From assembly GCA_002840435.1 (NCBI GenBank), contig PHAT01000002.1, forward strand, positions 202,696-266,695: a stretch of DNA of 64,000 nucleotides, given 5' to 3'. The notes below the pieces were generated by a model. That model was not told where the DNA came from. It saw nothing but the letters and a program-made list of their open reading frames with translations, and did no database searches. Shown here one piece after another: positions 50,747 to 60,251 of the stretch (its first letter is position 1; every line of letters begins with the position of its first letter). Source of the DNA: Deltaproteobacteria bacterium HGW-Deltaproteobacteria-6 (GTDB taxonomy: Bacteria; Desulfobacterota; Syntrophia; Syntrophales; Smithellaceae). The position numbers and the translations under genes were made by a program.

Positions 50747-52612
50747 ATGTCGTTAAATCAGTTAATCGATTCACGTGATGTCCGTTTTACCCTGTTTGAA
50801 ATGCTGGAACTGGAAAAATTGAACCGGTTTGATGCATTCAAAGATTTTGACCGGAGCGTCTATGAAGATACGCTCGAACTGGCGGAGAAGATTGCCATAC
50901 AGCAGTTTTACCCGACCAATGCCGAAGGGGACAAGACGGGCCTGAAGTTCGATGCCAAAACGGGCGAGGTCAAGGTTCCCGAATCGTTCAAAAAGGGATT
51001 CAATGCCTATATCGAGTCAGGATTTCATTCCCTGGCCCTGTCTCAGGAAATGGGCGGAATGGGTCTCCCTCAGAGTATTTCCATGGCCTGCGCCGAGTAT
51101 TTCAATGCCGGAAACACAGCCCTGACGATGTATTGCGGCTCGATCACCGGGGCGCTCGCCATCATCGCCCCCTTTGCCAATAAGGAATTGTATGACATGG
51201 TCGTTCCCAAGCTTCTGGAAGGAAAATGGGGCGGCACCATGTGTCTGACCGAACCCTCCGCCGGATCCGATGTCGGGGCTCTCAAGAGCAAGGCAGTCAA
51301 GCAAGCCGACGGCACCTATCTGATCACCGGCTCAAAGATCTTCATCTCCAACGGCGAACACGACATGAACGAGAACATCATTCACCCGGTCCTCGCGAGA
51401 ATCGAAGGCGATCCGGAAGGAACGAAGGGCATCTCGATCTTCGTCGTTCCCAAATTCCTCATCAACAAGGACGGCTCCCTGGGCGAGCGCAACGACATGA
51501 TCTGTTCCGGCATCGAGCACAAGATGGGCCTTAAAGGAAACGCCACCTCATCGCTGAATTTCGGTGATAACGGCAAGTGCATAGGCTACCTGCTGGGTAA
51601 AGAACGCCAGGGGATGCAGATCATGTTCCATCTCATGAACGCAGCCCGCATCCACACAGGCGTCCAGGCCCTGGGTTGCTCCAGCGCCGCTTACCTGCAC
51701 GCTGTGACTTACGCCCGCAACAGGGTACAGAGCGCTCTCATTACGAATCCCAAGGGCGGCCCCGTTGCCATTATCAATCACCCCGACGTCAAGCGTATGC
51801 TCCTTTACATGAAGAGCAACGTCGAGGGGATGAGTATGCTGTGCCTCTTCCTTGCCTATCACGAGGATATCATGCATGCATCGAAAGATCCCGAAGAAGT
51901 GAAAAGAGCGACCGGCATCGTCGAAATCCTGACTCCGATCGTGAAGGCCGGCATCTCCGACGCCTCCTGGCTCGTCACCGCCGAGGCGATGCAGGTTTAC
52001 GGCGGTTACGGCTTCTGCCAGGAATACCCGGTCGAACAGTACGCTCGCGACACCAAAGTATTTTCAATTTATGAGGGAACTAACGCCATCCAGTCGCTCG
52101 ACCTGGTCATGCGCAAGATTCTCATGAATCCCGAGATGTACAACTACTCTCAGCTCAGGGAATGGATGAATGGCACGATTGCGAAGGCCAAAGGCGTCGT
52201 CGACGATAAGTATGTCAATCCGGTAATCGATGGCCTGGCAAAATTCGACGAGATGATCGAGATGATGAAAAAGCAGCTGGGCGAAATGAAGATTCTCCTC
52301 CTGCTCAATAACGCCACCCCCTTCCAGCAGGCCATGTATCCGCTGATTCTGGCCTGGCTGCATCTGTGGAGCCTCACGATCACCACGCCCAAAGCCAAAG
52401 CGCTTCTGGGCGATGCCAAGGGAGCGGATCGCGCGAAGATCATCGCGGACAACCCGGAAGCAGCCTACTACAGCGGCCGCGTGCTGTCGGCGCAGTTTTA
52501 CATCGGCGCGGAATTCCCCAAATTCTACGGCCGCATCGCCTGCATCATGAACAATGAAGGCGCGGTACTGAAGGTAGAGTCGGACAACTTTACCGGAGCA
52601 TTGAAAGAGTAA
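50747..52612 (+). CDS. Large acyl-CoA dehydrogenase with extended C-terminal domain
   Basis: 621 aa from the ATG at 50747 (AAGGAGG upstream). Blocks TEPSAGSDVG, GSKIFISNGEHD, ARDTKVFSIYEGTNAIQSLDL, plus a roughly 200-aa helical C-terminal extension. Confidence 0.85.
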   Translation: MSLNQLIDSRDVRFTLFEMLELEKLNRFDAFKDFDRSVYEDTLELAEKIAIQQFYPTNAEGDKTGLKFDAKTGEVKVPESFKKGFNAYIESGFHSLALSQEMGGMGLPQSISMACAEYFNAGNTALTMYCGSITGALAIIAPFANKELYDMVVPKLLEGKWGGTMCLTEPSAGSDVGALKSKAVKQADGTYLITGSKIFISNGEHDMNENIIHPVLARIEGDPEGTKGISIFVVPKFLINKDGSLGERNDMICSGIEHKMGLKGNATSSLNFGDNGKCIGYLLGKERQGMQIMFHLMNAARIHTGVQALGCSSAAYLHAVTYARNRVQSALITNPKGGPVAIINHPDVKRMLLYMKSNVEGMSMLCLFLAYHEDIMHASKDPEEVKRATGIVEILTPIVKAGISDASWLVTAEAMQVYGGYGFCQEYPVEQYARDTKVFSIYEGTNAIQSLDLVMRKILMNPEMYNYSQLREWMNGTIAKAKGVVDDKYVNPVIDGLAKFDEMIEMMKKQLGEMKILLLLNNATPFQQAMYPLILAWLHLWSLTITTPKAKALLGDAKGADRAKIIADNPEAAYYSGRVLSAQFYIGAEFPKFYGRIACIMNNEGAVLKVESDNFTGALKE

Positions 52613-52656
52613 GGTTTCAGGTTCAACGTTCACGGTTCAATAGCAAGGATTTAATA

Positions 52657-52695
52657 AATCAGCGATTGCTCCATTAACAGGAGCAATCGCTGATT
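52657..52695 (+). terminator. Strong hairpin downstream of the acyl-CoA dehydrogenase gene (terminator or processing site)
   Basis: AATCAGCGATTGCTCC-attaaca-GGAGCAATCGCTGATT forms a 15-16-bp perfect stem. No U-tract follows, so terminator function is uncertain. Confidence 0.5.
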
Positions 52696-53065
52696 CCAAT
52701 ATTCCCACAGAATGGGCAATCAGAATCTGGCCGGACGATATCAAAGACCTGCCCGAGATAAAGCTATCCCTCCTCTCACAGGAGGGGACATTAACCATTT
52801 AACGCATATTCATCGGAATAAAGACAACTTGCACAAAAGGACAAGTCCCGCATGCTCCGCCTGGAGCCTGGTGCCTGTCATGACGGCGGTTCAACGATCA
52901 GGGAGCAGATCACTACCACCACACAATAAAATATCAGATCGAGCCGGAAACAGGTAAAACACATTACCGGCATGAGCTGCGGCAACAGGGAAGCATAGAG
53001 TAGCACTTCACAACCAAGAAACACGTTTGACAATTCAAACAGACTGGCGAAGGAGGTCAACCAAT

Positions 53066-54736
53066 ATGACAACGAAACCCTGGCATAAATTCTACGATTA
53101 CTACGTTCCCCACTCCATCAGTTACCCTCACTATCCGGCGCAAAGGATTTTTCAACTGACCGCCGGAGCGCACCCGAATAAAATCTGCACTGTTTTTTAT
53201 GGAACGGAGCTGACCTACTGGCAGGTTCGCGAGCAGGTGCTGCGTTTAGCCAACGCCCTGGCCGCAAGCGGCGTGAAAAAAGGCGACCGTGTGGGCATTC
53301 ATCTGCCCAACTGTCCGCAGTTCATTGTGACCTATCTGGCCGTTATGCATCTGGGCGGCATAGTCGTGAATATGAATCCGCTCTATACGGCAACCGAACT
53401 GAAATTCATCATTGAGAACACCACCATGGAAACCATGATTACCTTTGACATGGTTTTGCCTGCCGTGCGGCCGGTGGTGAAGGAAACCGGACTGAAACGC
53501 GTGATCGTTACGAAGATCACGGATTACATCAATGGTCTGGGGGTGAGTACGGCCAAAAGTCTGGAACTGGAGGAAGGCTGGCTGCACTTTTCCGAACTCA
53601 TTGAAAACTGCAAGGACACGCGTCTGCCCCGTATTCCGATCGCGCCTTCCGATCCGGCGATGATCCAGTTTACCGGCGGGACGACCGGCTTTCCCAAAGG
53701 CGCGCTTCTGACGCACGGCAATCTGGTGGCTGCCACTTTCCAGGCGGGCATGTGGGCCTCTCCTGGCGCATACTCGCCTCTGGCCATGTCGCAGCAGGAT
53801 CGCAGCGCCTTGTGCGTGCTGCCGTTTTTCCATGTGTACGGCAACATTGTCGCGATGAACTGGTCGTTTTTCGGATGCGCTACGCAAATTCTCGTGCCGC
53901 GCTTTGATATTGACGAAATTCTGGATACGATCATCAAAGCCGGCCATATTACCTATTTCCCGGCGGTGCCCACGATGATCACCGCCATTGTCAATCATCC
54001 CAAGGCGGCCAGCCTCGATCTGGGCAAATATCTCGGACTGCTCAATTCCGGAGGCGCGCCCATGCCTGTCGAATTGATCGAACGCGTGATTGATCTGGGC
54101 ATTACATTTAATGAGGGGTACGGGCTCAGTGAAACCAGCTCGATTACGATTGCCAACCCGATTGCCTATAATAAAGTCGGTTCCATCGGCATTCCGATGG
54201 CGGACAATGATTTCCGCATCGTGAATGTGGACAACGGTACGGAAGACGTCAAACCGGGGGAGGCAGGCGAGCTTCTGGTCAAGGGACCCACCGTTATGAA
54301 GGGTTACTGGAATAATCCCGAAGAAACAGCCAATCAGTTAACGGACGGCTGGCTGCACACCGGTGATATTGCGCAGGTGGATGACGACGGGTTCATCTTT
54401 ATCGTGGATCGCAAGAAAGATATGATCATTGCCAGCGGCTTTAATATTTATCCGCGCGAGATTGAGGAAGTCCTCTACGAACATCCCAAAGTGTCGGAGG
54501 CGGTGGCGATCGGCATTCCGCACGATTACCGGGGAGAGACTGTGAAGATTTTTGTTGTCCTGCAACCCGGTGAAAAAGCCACCGAACAGGAGATTATCGA
54601 TTTCTGTAAAGTGAAGATGACGGCCTACAAGGTGCCCAAGATCGTGGAATTCCGCGAGGCCGTTCCCAAGTCGGCGGTCGGCAAGATTCTGCGCAAAGTA
54701 TTGCGGGATGAAGAACTGGCGAAATTAAAGAAATAA
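53066..54736 (+). CDS. Long/medium-chain fatty-acid--CoA ligase (AMP-forming, FadD-like)
   Basis: 556 aa from the ATG at 53066 (GAAGGAGG upstream). AMP-binding motifs IQFTGGTTGFPKGALLTH, GYGLSETS and TGDIAQVDDDGFIFIVDRKKDMI, plus a C-terminal GKILRK. Confidence 0.85.
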   Translation: MTTKPWHKFYDYYVPHSISYPHYPAQRIFQLTAGAHPNKICTVFYGTELTYWQVREQVLRLANALAASGVKKGDRVGIHLPNCPQFIVTYLAVMHLGGIVVNMNPLYTATELKFIIENTTMETMITFDMVLPAVRPVVKETGLKRVIVTKITDYINGLGVSTAKSLELEEGWLHFSELIENCKDTRLPRIPIAPSDPAMIQFTGGTTGFPKGALLTHGNLVAATFQAGMWASPGAYSPLAMSQQDRSALCVLPFFHVYGNIVAMNWSFFGCATQILVPRFDIDEILDTIIKAGHITYFPAVPTMITAIVNHPKAASLDLGKYLGLLNSGGAPMPVELIERVIDLGITFNEGYGLSETSSITIANPIAYNKVGSIGIPMADNDFRIVNVDNGTEDVKPGEAGELLVKGPTVMKGYWNNPEETANQLTDGWLHTGDIAQVDDDGFIFIVDRKKDMIIASGFNIYPREIEEVLYEHPKVSEAVAIGIPHDYRGETVKIFVVLQPGEKATEQEIIDFCKVKMTAYKVPKIVEFREAVPKSAVGKILRKVLRDEELAKLKK

Positions 54737-54777
54737 TCAATACGGATTTATCATACTTTAACGGAAGGAGACAAAAG

Positions 54778-55929
54778 ATGAAAGCTGAAGACGTAAAGAA
54801 GATTGCGATGATCGGCGCCGGAGATATGGGGCACGGGATTGCCGCTGCCTGTCTGCTGGGAGGCTACAGCGTTGTCCTGCGGGATATCGAACAGAAGTAT
54901 GTCGATAAGGGCGTTGCGGGAATCATCGCGAGTCTGGAAAAATTCAAGGAGAAAGGCAAGATAACACCGGATGCTTTTGCCAATGCGCTGGTGCGTCTGA
55001 CCCCGATGGTTGATTTGCAGACTGCCGTGAAGGATGCGGATTTTGTCATTGAAGCCGTGCCGGAAAAGCTGGAACTCAAACAAAGCGTTTTTGCCGATTT
55101 GGATAAATTTGCGCCTCAGCACGCCATTCTGGCGTCGAATACATCCAATATCAGCATTACGGACATTGCGGCAGCCACCAAAAGACCGGACAAGGTCATC
55201 GGGTATCATTTTTTCAATCCCGCCCTGCTCATGAAACTGGTTGAAGTCATCAAGGGCAAACAGACATCCGACGAATCCATTCAGATCGGCTATGATATCG
55301 CCAAACAAATCAAAAAAGTTCCCGTTATTGTAAAGAAAGACTCTCCGGGTTTTATTTACAACCGGGTGAACGAACCCACGCTGCTTTTGCTCTCCAAAAT
55401 TCTGGAAGCGGGGCATCCCTCGCCTGAAGAATTTGACGCGGCATTCAAACCTGTTATGGCCATGGCGCCATTCGAACTGGTGGATTATGTCGGCATTGAT
55501 GTGGCCGCGCACGGCCTTGAGTATTTTGCGCAGGTGCTTTCCAAAGAGTATAAACCATCGGATGCGATGATGGCCTATCTGAAGTCCGGCAACCTGGGCA
55601 AAAAAACGGGGAAGGGTTTTTATGACTGGTCCAAAGGAAGGCCCGCCATTGATCTGGGCAAGGCCACAAAGGAATTCGACCTCAATCAACTGATTGCCCT
55701 GCAGGTCAATGAAGCCACCAAGCTCCTGGAGGAAGGCGTTGTGGATGATCCTAAAGAAATTGATCTGGCGATGGCCAACGGCGGCGGTTCGCCTTTCGGA
55801 CCCTTTGCGCTGGCGCAGGGCATCGGTTATCCGGAACTGGTCTACAAACTAAACGAGCTGCACAAAAAATTTCACCTGGATATATTTAAACCCACCAAAA
55901 CACTGAAAGAGGGCAAAATCAAACTGTGA
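54778..55929 (+). CDS. 3-hydroxyacyl-CoA dehydrogenase (NAD-binding plus duplicated C-terminal domain)
   Basis: 383 aa with IAMIGAGDMGHGIA, SNTSNISIT, GYHFFNPA, and PGFIYNRV. Confidence 0.85.
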   Translation: MKAEDVKKIAMIGAGDMGHGIAAACLLGGYSVVLRDIEQKYVDKGVAGIIASLEKFKEKGKITPDAFANALVRLTPMVDLQTAVKDADFVIEAVPEKLELKQSVFADLDKFAPQHAILASNTSNISITDIAAATKRPDKVIGYHFFNPALLMKLVEVIKGKQTSDESIQIGYDIAKQIKKVPVIVKKDSPGFIYNRVNEPTLLLLSKILEAGHPSPEEFDAAFKPVMAMAPFELVDYVGIDVAAHGLEYFAQVLSKEYKPSDAMMAYLKSGNLGKKTGKGFYDWSKGRPAIDLGKATKEFDLNQLIALQVNEATKLLEEGVVDDPKEIDLAMANGGGSPFGPFALAQGIGYPELVYKLNELHKKFHLDIFKPTKTLKEGKIKL

Positions 55930-55940
55930 TTTGATGGCAA

Positions 55941-55966
55941 AGGCACAGAGGCACAGAGGCACACAG
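55941..55966. repeat. Tandem 8-bp repeat AGGCACAG x3
   Basis: AGGCACAG AGGCACAG AGGCACAC AG, 12 nt after the stop codon and immediately before a terminator hairpin. Confidence 0.8.
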
Positions 55967-55976
55967 AAGAGCATAA

Positions 55977-56010
55977 CAAAGGGGGGAGCCACTCCCCCCT
56001 TTGTTTGTTG
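55977..56010 (+). terminator. Rho-independent terminator after the 3-hydroxyacyl-CoA dehydrogenase gene
   Basis: CAAAGGGGGGA-gccac-TCCCCCCTTTG followed by TTTGTTG. Confidence 0.8.
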
Positions 56011-56022
56011 AAAGAAGGAAAC

Positions 56023-56640
56023 ATGTGCGGACGATTTGTTTTACTCGTTGATTTACTGGCCATTGCCCGGGAATTTGATATTCCCGGACTATCCGTCCAT
56101 TTTTCACCAAGCCGCAATATCTGTCCCGGTCAGCATATTCCCGCGGTTGTCAGGCGGAACGGCCAAAACGTGTTGGAGTCTTACCGGTGGGGACTGATTC
56201 CCTGCTGGGTAAAAGATCCGTCCATCGGCTCTAAGCTTTTCAATGCCCGTGCCGAAACCCTTGCCGAAAAACCAAGTTTTAAAAATGCTTTTACCCGGAG
56301 AAGATGCCTGATCCCCGCCGACGGATTCTACGAGTGGAAAAAAGAAGGAAATAAAAAAATCCCATATTCCTTCGGCATGAAAACAGGATTGCCCTTTTAC
56401 TTTGCCGGACTTTACGAAACCTGGACGGCGCCGGATCAGAAAAAGGTGGAAACCTGCACCATCATTACCACACAGGCCAATGACATTGTTGCTCCCATCC
56501 ACGACCGTATGCCGGTGATTGTTCCGAAGGTTGCGCAGGAACTCTGGCTGAATCCGCAAATCAAAGACCCGTCAGAATTACTGGATATTTTAAAGCCGTA
56601 TCCTTCCGGAGAAATGACCTGCGAACCTGCCAGGTTATAG
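56023..56640 (+). CDS. SOS-response-associated peptidase (SRAP/YedK family, abasic-site DNA-protein crosslink sensor)
   Basis: 205 aa from the ATG at 56023, giving the obligatory N-terminal MCGRF (the catalytic Cys2). It also has YNARAET-like FNARAETL, PADGFYEW, and APIHDRMPVI. Confidence 0.85.
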   Translation: MCGRFVLLVDLLAIAREFDIPGLSVHFSPSRNICPGQHIPAVVRRNGQNVLESYRWGLIPCWVKDPSIGSKLFNARAETLAEKPSFKNAFTRRRCLIPADGFYEWKKEGNKKIPYSFGMKTGLPFYFAGLYETWTAPDQKKVETCTIITTQANDIVAPIHDRMPVIVPKVAQELWLNPQIKDPSELLDILKPYPSGEMTCEPARL

Positions 56641-56795
56641 TTTGTTAAATATTTGCGCAGTCAAAGTAACACCCGCCATCGCCCGAATAACTAACGCAAA
56701 ACACTGACGGCAAAAATTAAAAATGGAAATTCCTGAACATTTCATATATTTAAAATAAGCATATTTTAAAGTTTAGAAAACAAGGATGAACATCT

Positions 56796-57866
56796 ATGAG
56801 CCGATACTGGAGTCAAACGGTTAAAAACATCAGGCCTTACGTTCCGGGCGAACAGCCGAAAGACCGGAAGTATATCAAACTGAATACCAATGAAAACCCT
56901 TATCCGCCGTCTCCCAGAGTCATCGAAGCCATCAAAAATGCGGCCAATGAAACGCTGCGGCTTTATCCGGATCCGTCAGGAGACGAACTCAGAGATGCCA
57001 TTGCCGGAGCCTTCGGACTGAAAAGGGACAATGTGTTTATCGGCAACGGTTCCGATGAACTGCTGGCGTTTTGTTTCCCGGCCTTTTTTGAACCCGCGGG
57101 TCTTCCCGTACTTTTTGCCGACGTCACATACAGCTTTTATCCGGTGTACGCGGAGTTTTTTCGCACGCCTTACCGGTTGATCGAAGCGGATGATGAATTC
57201 AATGTGCCGGTTGAAGGTTATCTTCGGGAAAACGGCGGCATCATCATCGCCAATCCCAATGCGCCCAGCGGAAGAGGTGTTTCACTTGCCGACATCGAAA
57301 ATATTTTGAAACAAAATGAAAACAGCGTGGTGATTCTTGATGAGGCCTATGTTGATTTTGGCGGCGCTTCCGCGGTCGGGTTGATTAATCGTTATCCGAA
57401 TTTGCTGGTGATCCGGACGTTGTCCAAGTCCTATTCACTGGCCGGACTGCGGGTGGGATTCGCTTTAGGCGACCGGGGCCTGATTGAAGGAATCATCAGG
57501 GTAAAAGATTCGATCAATTCCTATACGGTTGATCGTCTTGCCCAGATAGGCGCACGGGAAGCCATTAAGGATGACGATTATTTTCAGCAGACAAGATCTA
57601 AAATCATCAGGACACGGGAGCGTGTCTCGGCAAGACTCAAAGAAATGGGTTTCAACGTCATTCCTTCTGCGGCCAACTTTGTTTTTGCCAGCAACCCGCA
57701 ATGCCCCGGACGTGTCCTGTTTCAGCAGCTTCGGGAGCAGGGCATTCTGGTCCGCTACTTTGACAAGCCTAAAATTGACAATTTCCTGCGTGTGACGATT
57801 GGAACAGACGAGGAAATGGACCGCTTTCTTTCCGCCGTTGCCGTTATTTGCGAAAAGCGGATATAA
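56796..57866 (+). CDS. hisC: Histidinol-phosphate aminotransferase
   Basis: 356 aa with KLNTNENPYPPSP, DEAYVDF, and the PLP-lysine motif TLSKSYSLAGLRVGF. Confidence 0.9.
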   Translation: MSRYWSQTVKNIRPYVPGEQPKDRKYIKLNTNENPYPPSPRVIEAIKNAANETLRLYPDPSGDELRDAIAGAFGLKRDNVFIGNGSDELLAFCFPAFFEPAGLPVLFADVTYSFYPVYAEFFRTPYRLIEADDEFNVPVEGYLRENGGIIIANPNAPSGRGVSLADIENILKQNENSVVILDEAYVDFGGASAVGLINRYPNLLVIRTLSKSYSLAGLRVGFALGDRGLIEGIIRVKDSINSYTVDRLAQIGAREAIKDDDYFQQTRSKIIRTRERVSARLKEMGFNVIPSAANFVFASNPQCPGRVLFQQLREQGILVRYFDKPKIDNFLRVTIGTDEEMDRFLSAVAVICEKRI

Positions 57867-57965
57867 AGTTTGCTCACGCGTCCGGACGATGGCGTGGCGG
57901 GAATGGAAAGCCCTCCGTGCCTGCTGAACATTCAGCTCCGGACATAATAGAAGGAAAAGTAAAAT

Positions 57966-60176
57966 ATGTTACGAGGGATCACCATGGGTGGATCGCGGTC
58001 AAGTAAAATGATGGGTTTCCTGCTGGGCTTCGTAATGCTTGCGGGCTGGCATTTGTCTGCCTTTGCTCAGGAATCGCCCGTCGTCTTGCGCGAGGCATTT
58101 TCAAAAATCATGGAAGACTATGTTGAACAACCCGATCCTTCTTATCTCGCGTCATCGGCGGTCAATGGCATGGAAGTGTTTCTTAGTTCGGTTAACCGGG
58201 ATTTCCCCAAAACTGACATCGATTACAGTACGGTCGGTATCGACGCAAAAAAGGCTGAAAACCTGGTGGCGGATCAATATCTGATCTGGTCAAAATCAAC
58301 CCCTTCTGATCCCCGGAAATTGGAATACGCCGCCATCGACGGAATGCTTGCCGCCCTGGACCCGCACAGCGGCTTTCTGACACCGGATGCTTACAAAGAA
58401 TTACAGACCGAAACGCGCGGAAGCTTCGGCGGCGTGGGTCTGGAAATTAACGCGGATAAAGGCATCCTGACAGTCGTGTCGCCGATTGAAGATACTCCCG
58501 CATATCTGGCGGGAATAAAGGCAAGAGACCGGATCACGCACATTGACGGTGTATCCACGCAGGGCATCACCGTTTGGGATGCGGTAAAAAAAATGCGGGG
58601 GCCGAAAGACTCCAAGGTGACGCTCACGATCATGCGCAGCGGTTTCGAGCAGCCCCGGGAGTTTCCTTTGGTCCGGGCGATTGTTTCCGTGAAGCATGTA
58701 AAATTCAGAGAGCTGCATGGGGGCATCGGATATTTGAGGATTGCTTACTTCTCGGAAAACACGGCTCGTGACGTGGAAAACGCCCTGAATCATCTCCGAT
58801 CGAGATCCTCTAAATTCACAGGTTTGGTTCTTGATCTGCGCAACAACCCGGGTGGATTGTTATCCGCTGTGGTGGATGTGGCCGGCAAATTCGCCGGAGC
58901 CGGCACGATTGTGACCATACGCGGCAGAAGCGCGGGGTCGGAGCGTAAGTTTGAAGGCAGGACAATCGGCACGCAACCCTTCTATCCGATGGTCGTGCTG
59001 GTCAACGAAGGTACGGCAAGCGGCGCTGAGATACTGGCCGGCGCCCTGCAGGATCAGGCCAGAGCTCTTTTGCTGGGCAAACATACCTTTGGCAAGGGAA
59101 GCATTCAGACAATATATTCTCTCAGCGATGGGGCGGCCCTTAAAATGACCACCGCAAAGTATTATCTGCCTTCGGGCAAAACGATCCAGGGCAAAGGCAT
59201 TATTCCTGATGTGGAAAGTGAAGAAACAGAGGGTCAGGACAATCCGCTGGTCATTGCGGAAGCGGCCATAAGTTCGGCAAAAGCCGGCGGCATCTCGAAG
59301 GTCAGCGATAAGTTCAAATACATCCTGATGGCCGCTCAGAAAAATAAGGGAGTACCCGCTCCGGCTCCCGGCTCGCTGCCGTTATTGTCGAAGCCCGCCA
59401 AACAGGACATTGATATTCTTCCCCGCAAGTCCGTGCCCCTCAGGAAGAACAATTACGCTATTGTGATCGGAATTGAGACGTATCGCCAGAAATTACCCAA
59501 GGCGGATTTTGCCGTAAGCGATGCAAAACTGATGAGCGAATACCTTTCCAAGGTGATGGGTTATCCGGAAGAAAATATTGTCACTTTGACCAATGAATAT
59601 GCAACGAAGAGTGACTTTGAAAAATATTTTGAGCAGTGGCTTGTGAACCATGCTGAAAAGGACAGCACGATCTTCATTTATTACTCCGGTCATGGCGCTC
59701 CCAATCCCAAAAACGGCGATGCTTATCTTGTTCCCTACGACGGAGATCCTTCATTTATCGCACAGACGGGGTATCCTTTGAGGAAGCTCTATGAGGCCCT
59801 CCGAAAACTGCCCGCCAAACAAATCATTATTGCCCTTGATTCCTGCTTTTCCGGCGCAGGGGGAAGAAGTGTTCTCGCGAAAGGCGCGCGGCCTCTTGTG
59901 ATGAATCTCAAGGACAACATGGTTCTGTCTGCTAATATGACGGTTCTTTCCGCCTCGTCAGGAGAACAGATCAGTTCGACCTATGATGAAAAAGGACATG
60001 GTTTGTTCACCTATTTTATGCTCAAAGGGATCAAGAGCGAAGACATTGTCAAGCCGGATGGTTCCGTTGCAATAGGTGATTTGTTCAATTATTTGAAACC
60101 GCAGGTGGAACGCATCGCGAGGAACCAATACAACAACGAGCAAACGCCGCAGTTGATGAAGGCAAAAAAGAATTAA
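57966..60176 (+). CDS. Secreted fusion protein: S41 C-terminal-processing protease (with PDZ) + caspase-like peptidase C14 domain
   Basis: 736 aa with signal peptide MMGFLLGFVMLAGWHLSAFAQ. The PDZ is GGVGLEI...DTPAYLAGIKARDRITHIDG. The S41 Ser motif is NEGTASGAEILAGAL and the Lys motif is TFGKGSIQT. The C-terminal caspase fold has NNYAIVIGIETY, the His motif IFIYYSGHGAP and the Cys motif IIALDSCFSGAGG. Confidence 0.8.
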   Translation: MLRGITMGGSRSSKMMGFLLGFVMLAGWHLSAFAQESPVVLREAFSKIMEDYVEQPDPSYLASSAVNGMEVFLSSVNRDFPKTDIDYSTVGIDAKKAENLVADQYLIWSKSTPSDPRKLEYAAIDGMLAALDPHSGFLTPDAYKELQTETRGSFGGVGLEINADKGILTVVSPIEDTPAYLAGIKARDRITHIDGVSTQGITVWDAVKKMRGPKDSKVTLTIMRSGFEQPREFPLVRAIVSVKHVKFRELHGGIGYLRIAYFSENTARDVENALNHLRSRSSKFTGLVLDLRNNPGGLLSAVVDVAGKFAGAGTIVTIRGRSAGSERKFEGRTIGTQPFYPMVVLVNEGTASGAEILAGALQDQARALLLGKHTFGKGSIQTIYSLSDGAALKMTTAKYYLPSGKTIQGKGIIPDVESEETEGQDNPLVIAEAAISSAKAGGISKVSDKFKYILMAAQKNKGVPAPAPGSLPLLSKPAKQDIDILPRKSVPLRKNNYAIVIGIETYRQKLPKADFAVSDAKLMSEYLSKVMGYPEENIVTLTNEYATKSDFEKYFEQWLVNHAEKDSTIFIYYSGHGAPNPKNGDAYLVPYDGDPSFIAQTGYPLRKLYEALRKLPAKQIIIALDSCFSGAGGRSVLAKGARPLVMNLKDNMVLSANMTVLSASSGEQISSTYDEKGHGLFTYFMLKGIKSEDIVKPDGSVAIGDLFNYLKPQVERIARNQYNNEQTPQLMKAKKN

Positions 60177-60251
60177 AGAAACGCATCGCTTTCAGGCGAA
60201 CGTATTGTTAATTGCGGATAGGTAAAACTGCAACCAAACGGGAGAGGAATC

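Noticed and set aside
52712-52957. 81-aa plus-strand ORF in the ACAD-fadD spacer, and the 100-aa minus-strand ORF at 50245-50547
   Set aside because: There is no RBS, the sequences are Arg/Ser/Pro-rich and non-globular, and the ORFs overlap hairpins. They are treated as non-coding.
52968-52983. Sigma54-like CGGCATGAGCTGCGG upstream of the fatty-acid-CoA ligase
   Set aside because: The GG-GC spacing is too short and the -12 TTGC element is missing.
53246-53998. 250-aa minus-strand ORF
   Set aside because: It is antisense to the FadD-like ligase gene and has no motifs.
54751-55689. 312-aa minus-strand ORF
   Set aside because: It is entirely antisense to the 3-hydroxyacyl-CoA dehydrogenase gene, which has clear family motifs. 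The antisense product has no recognisable motifs.
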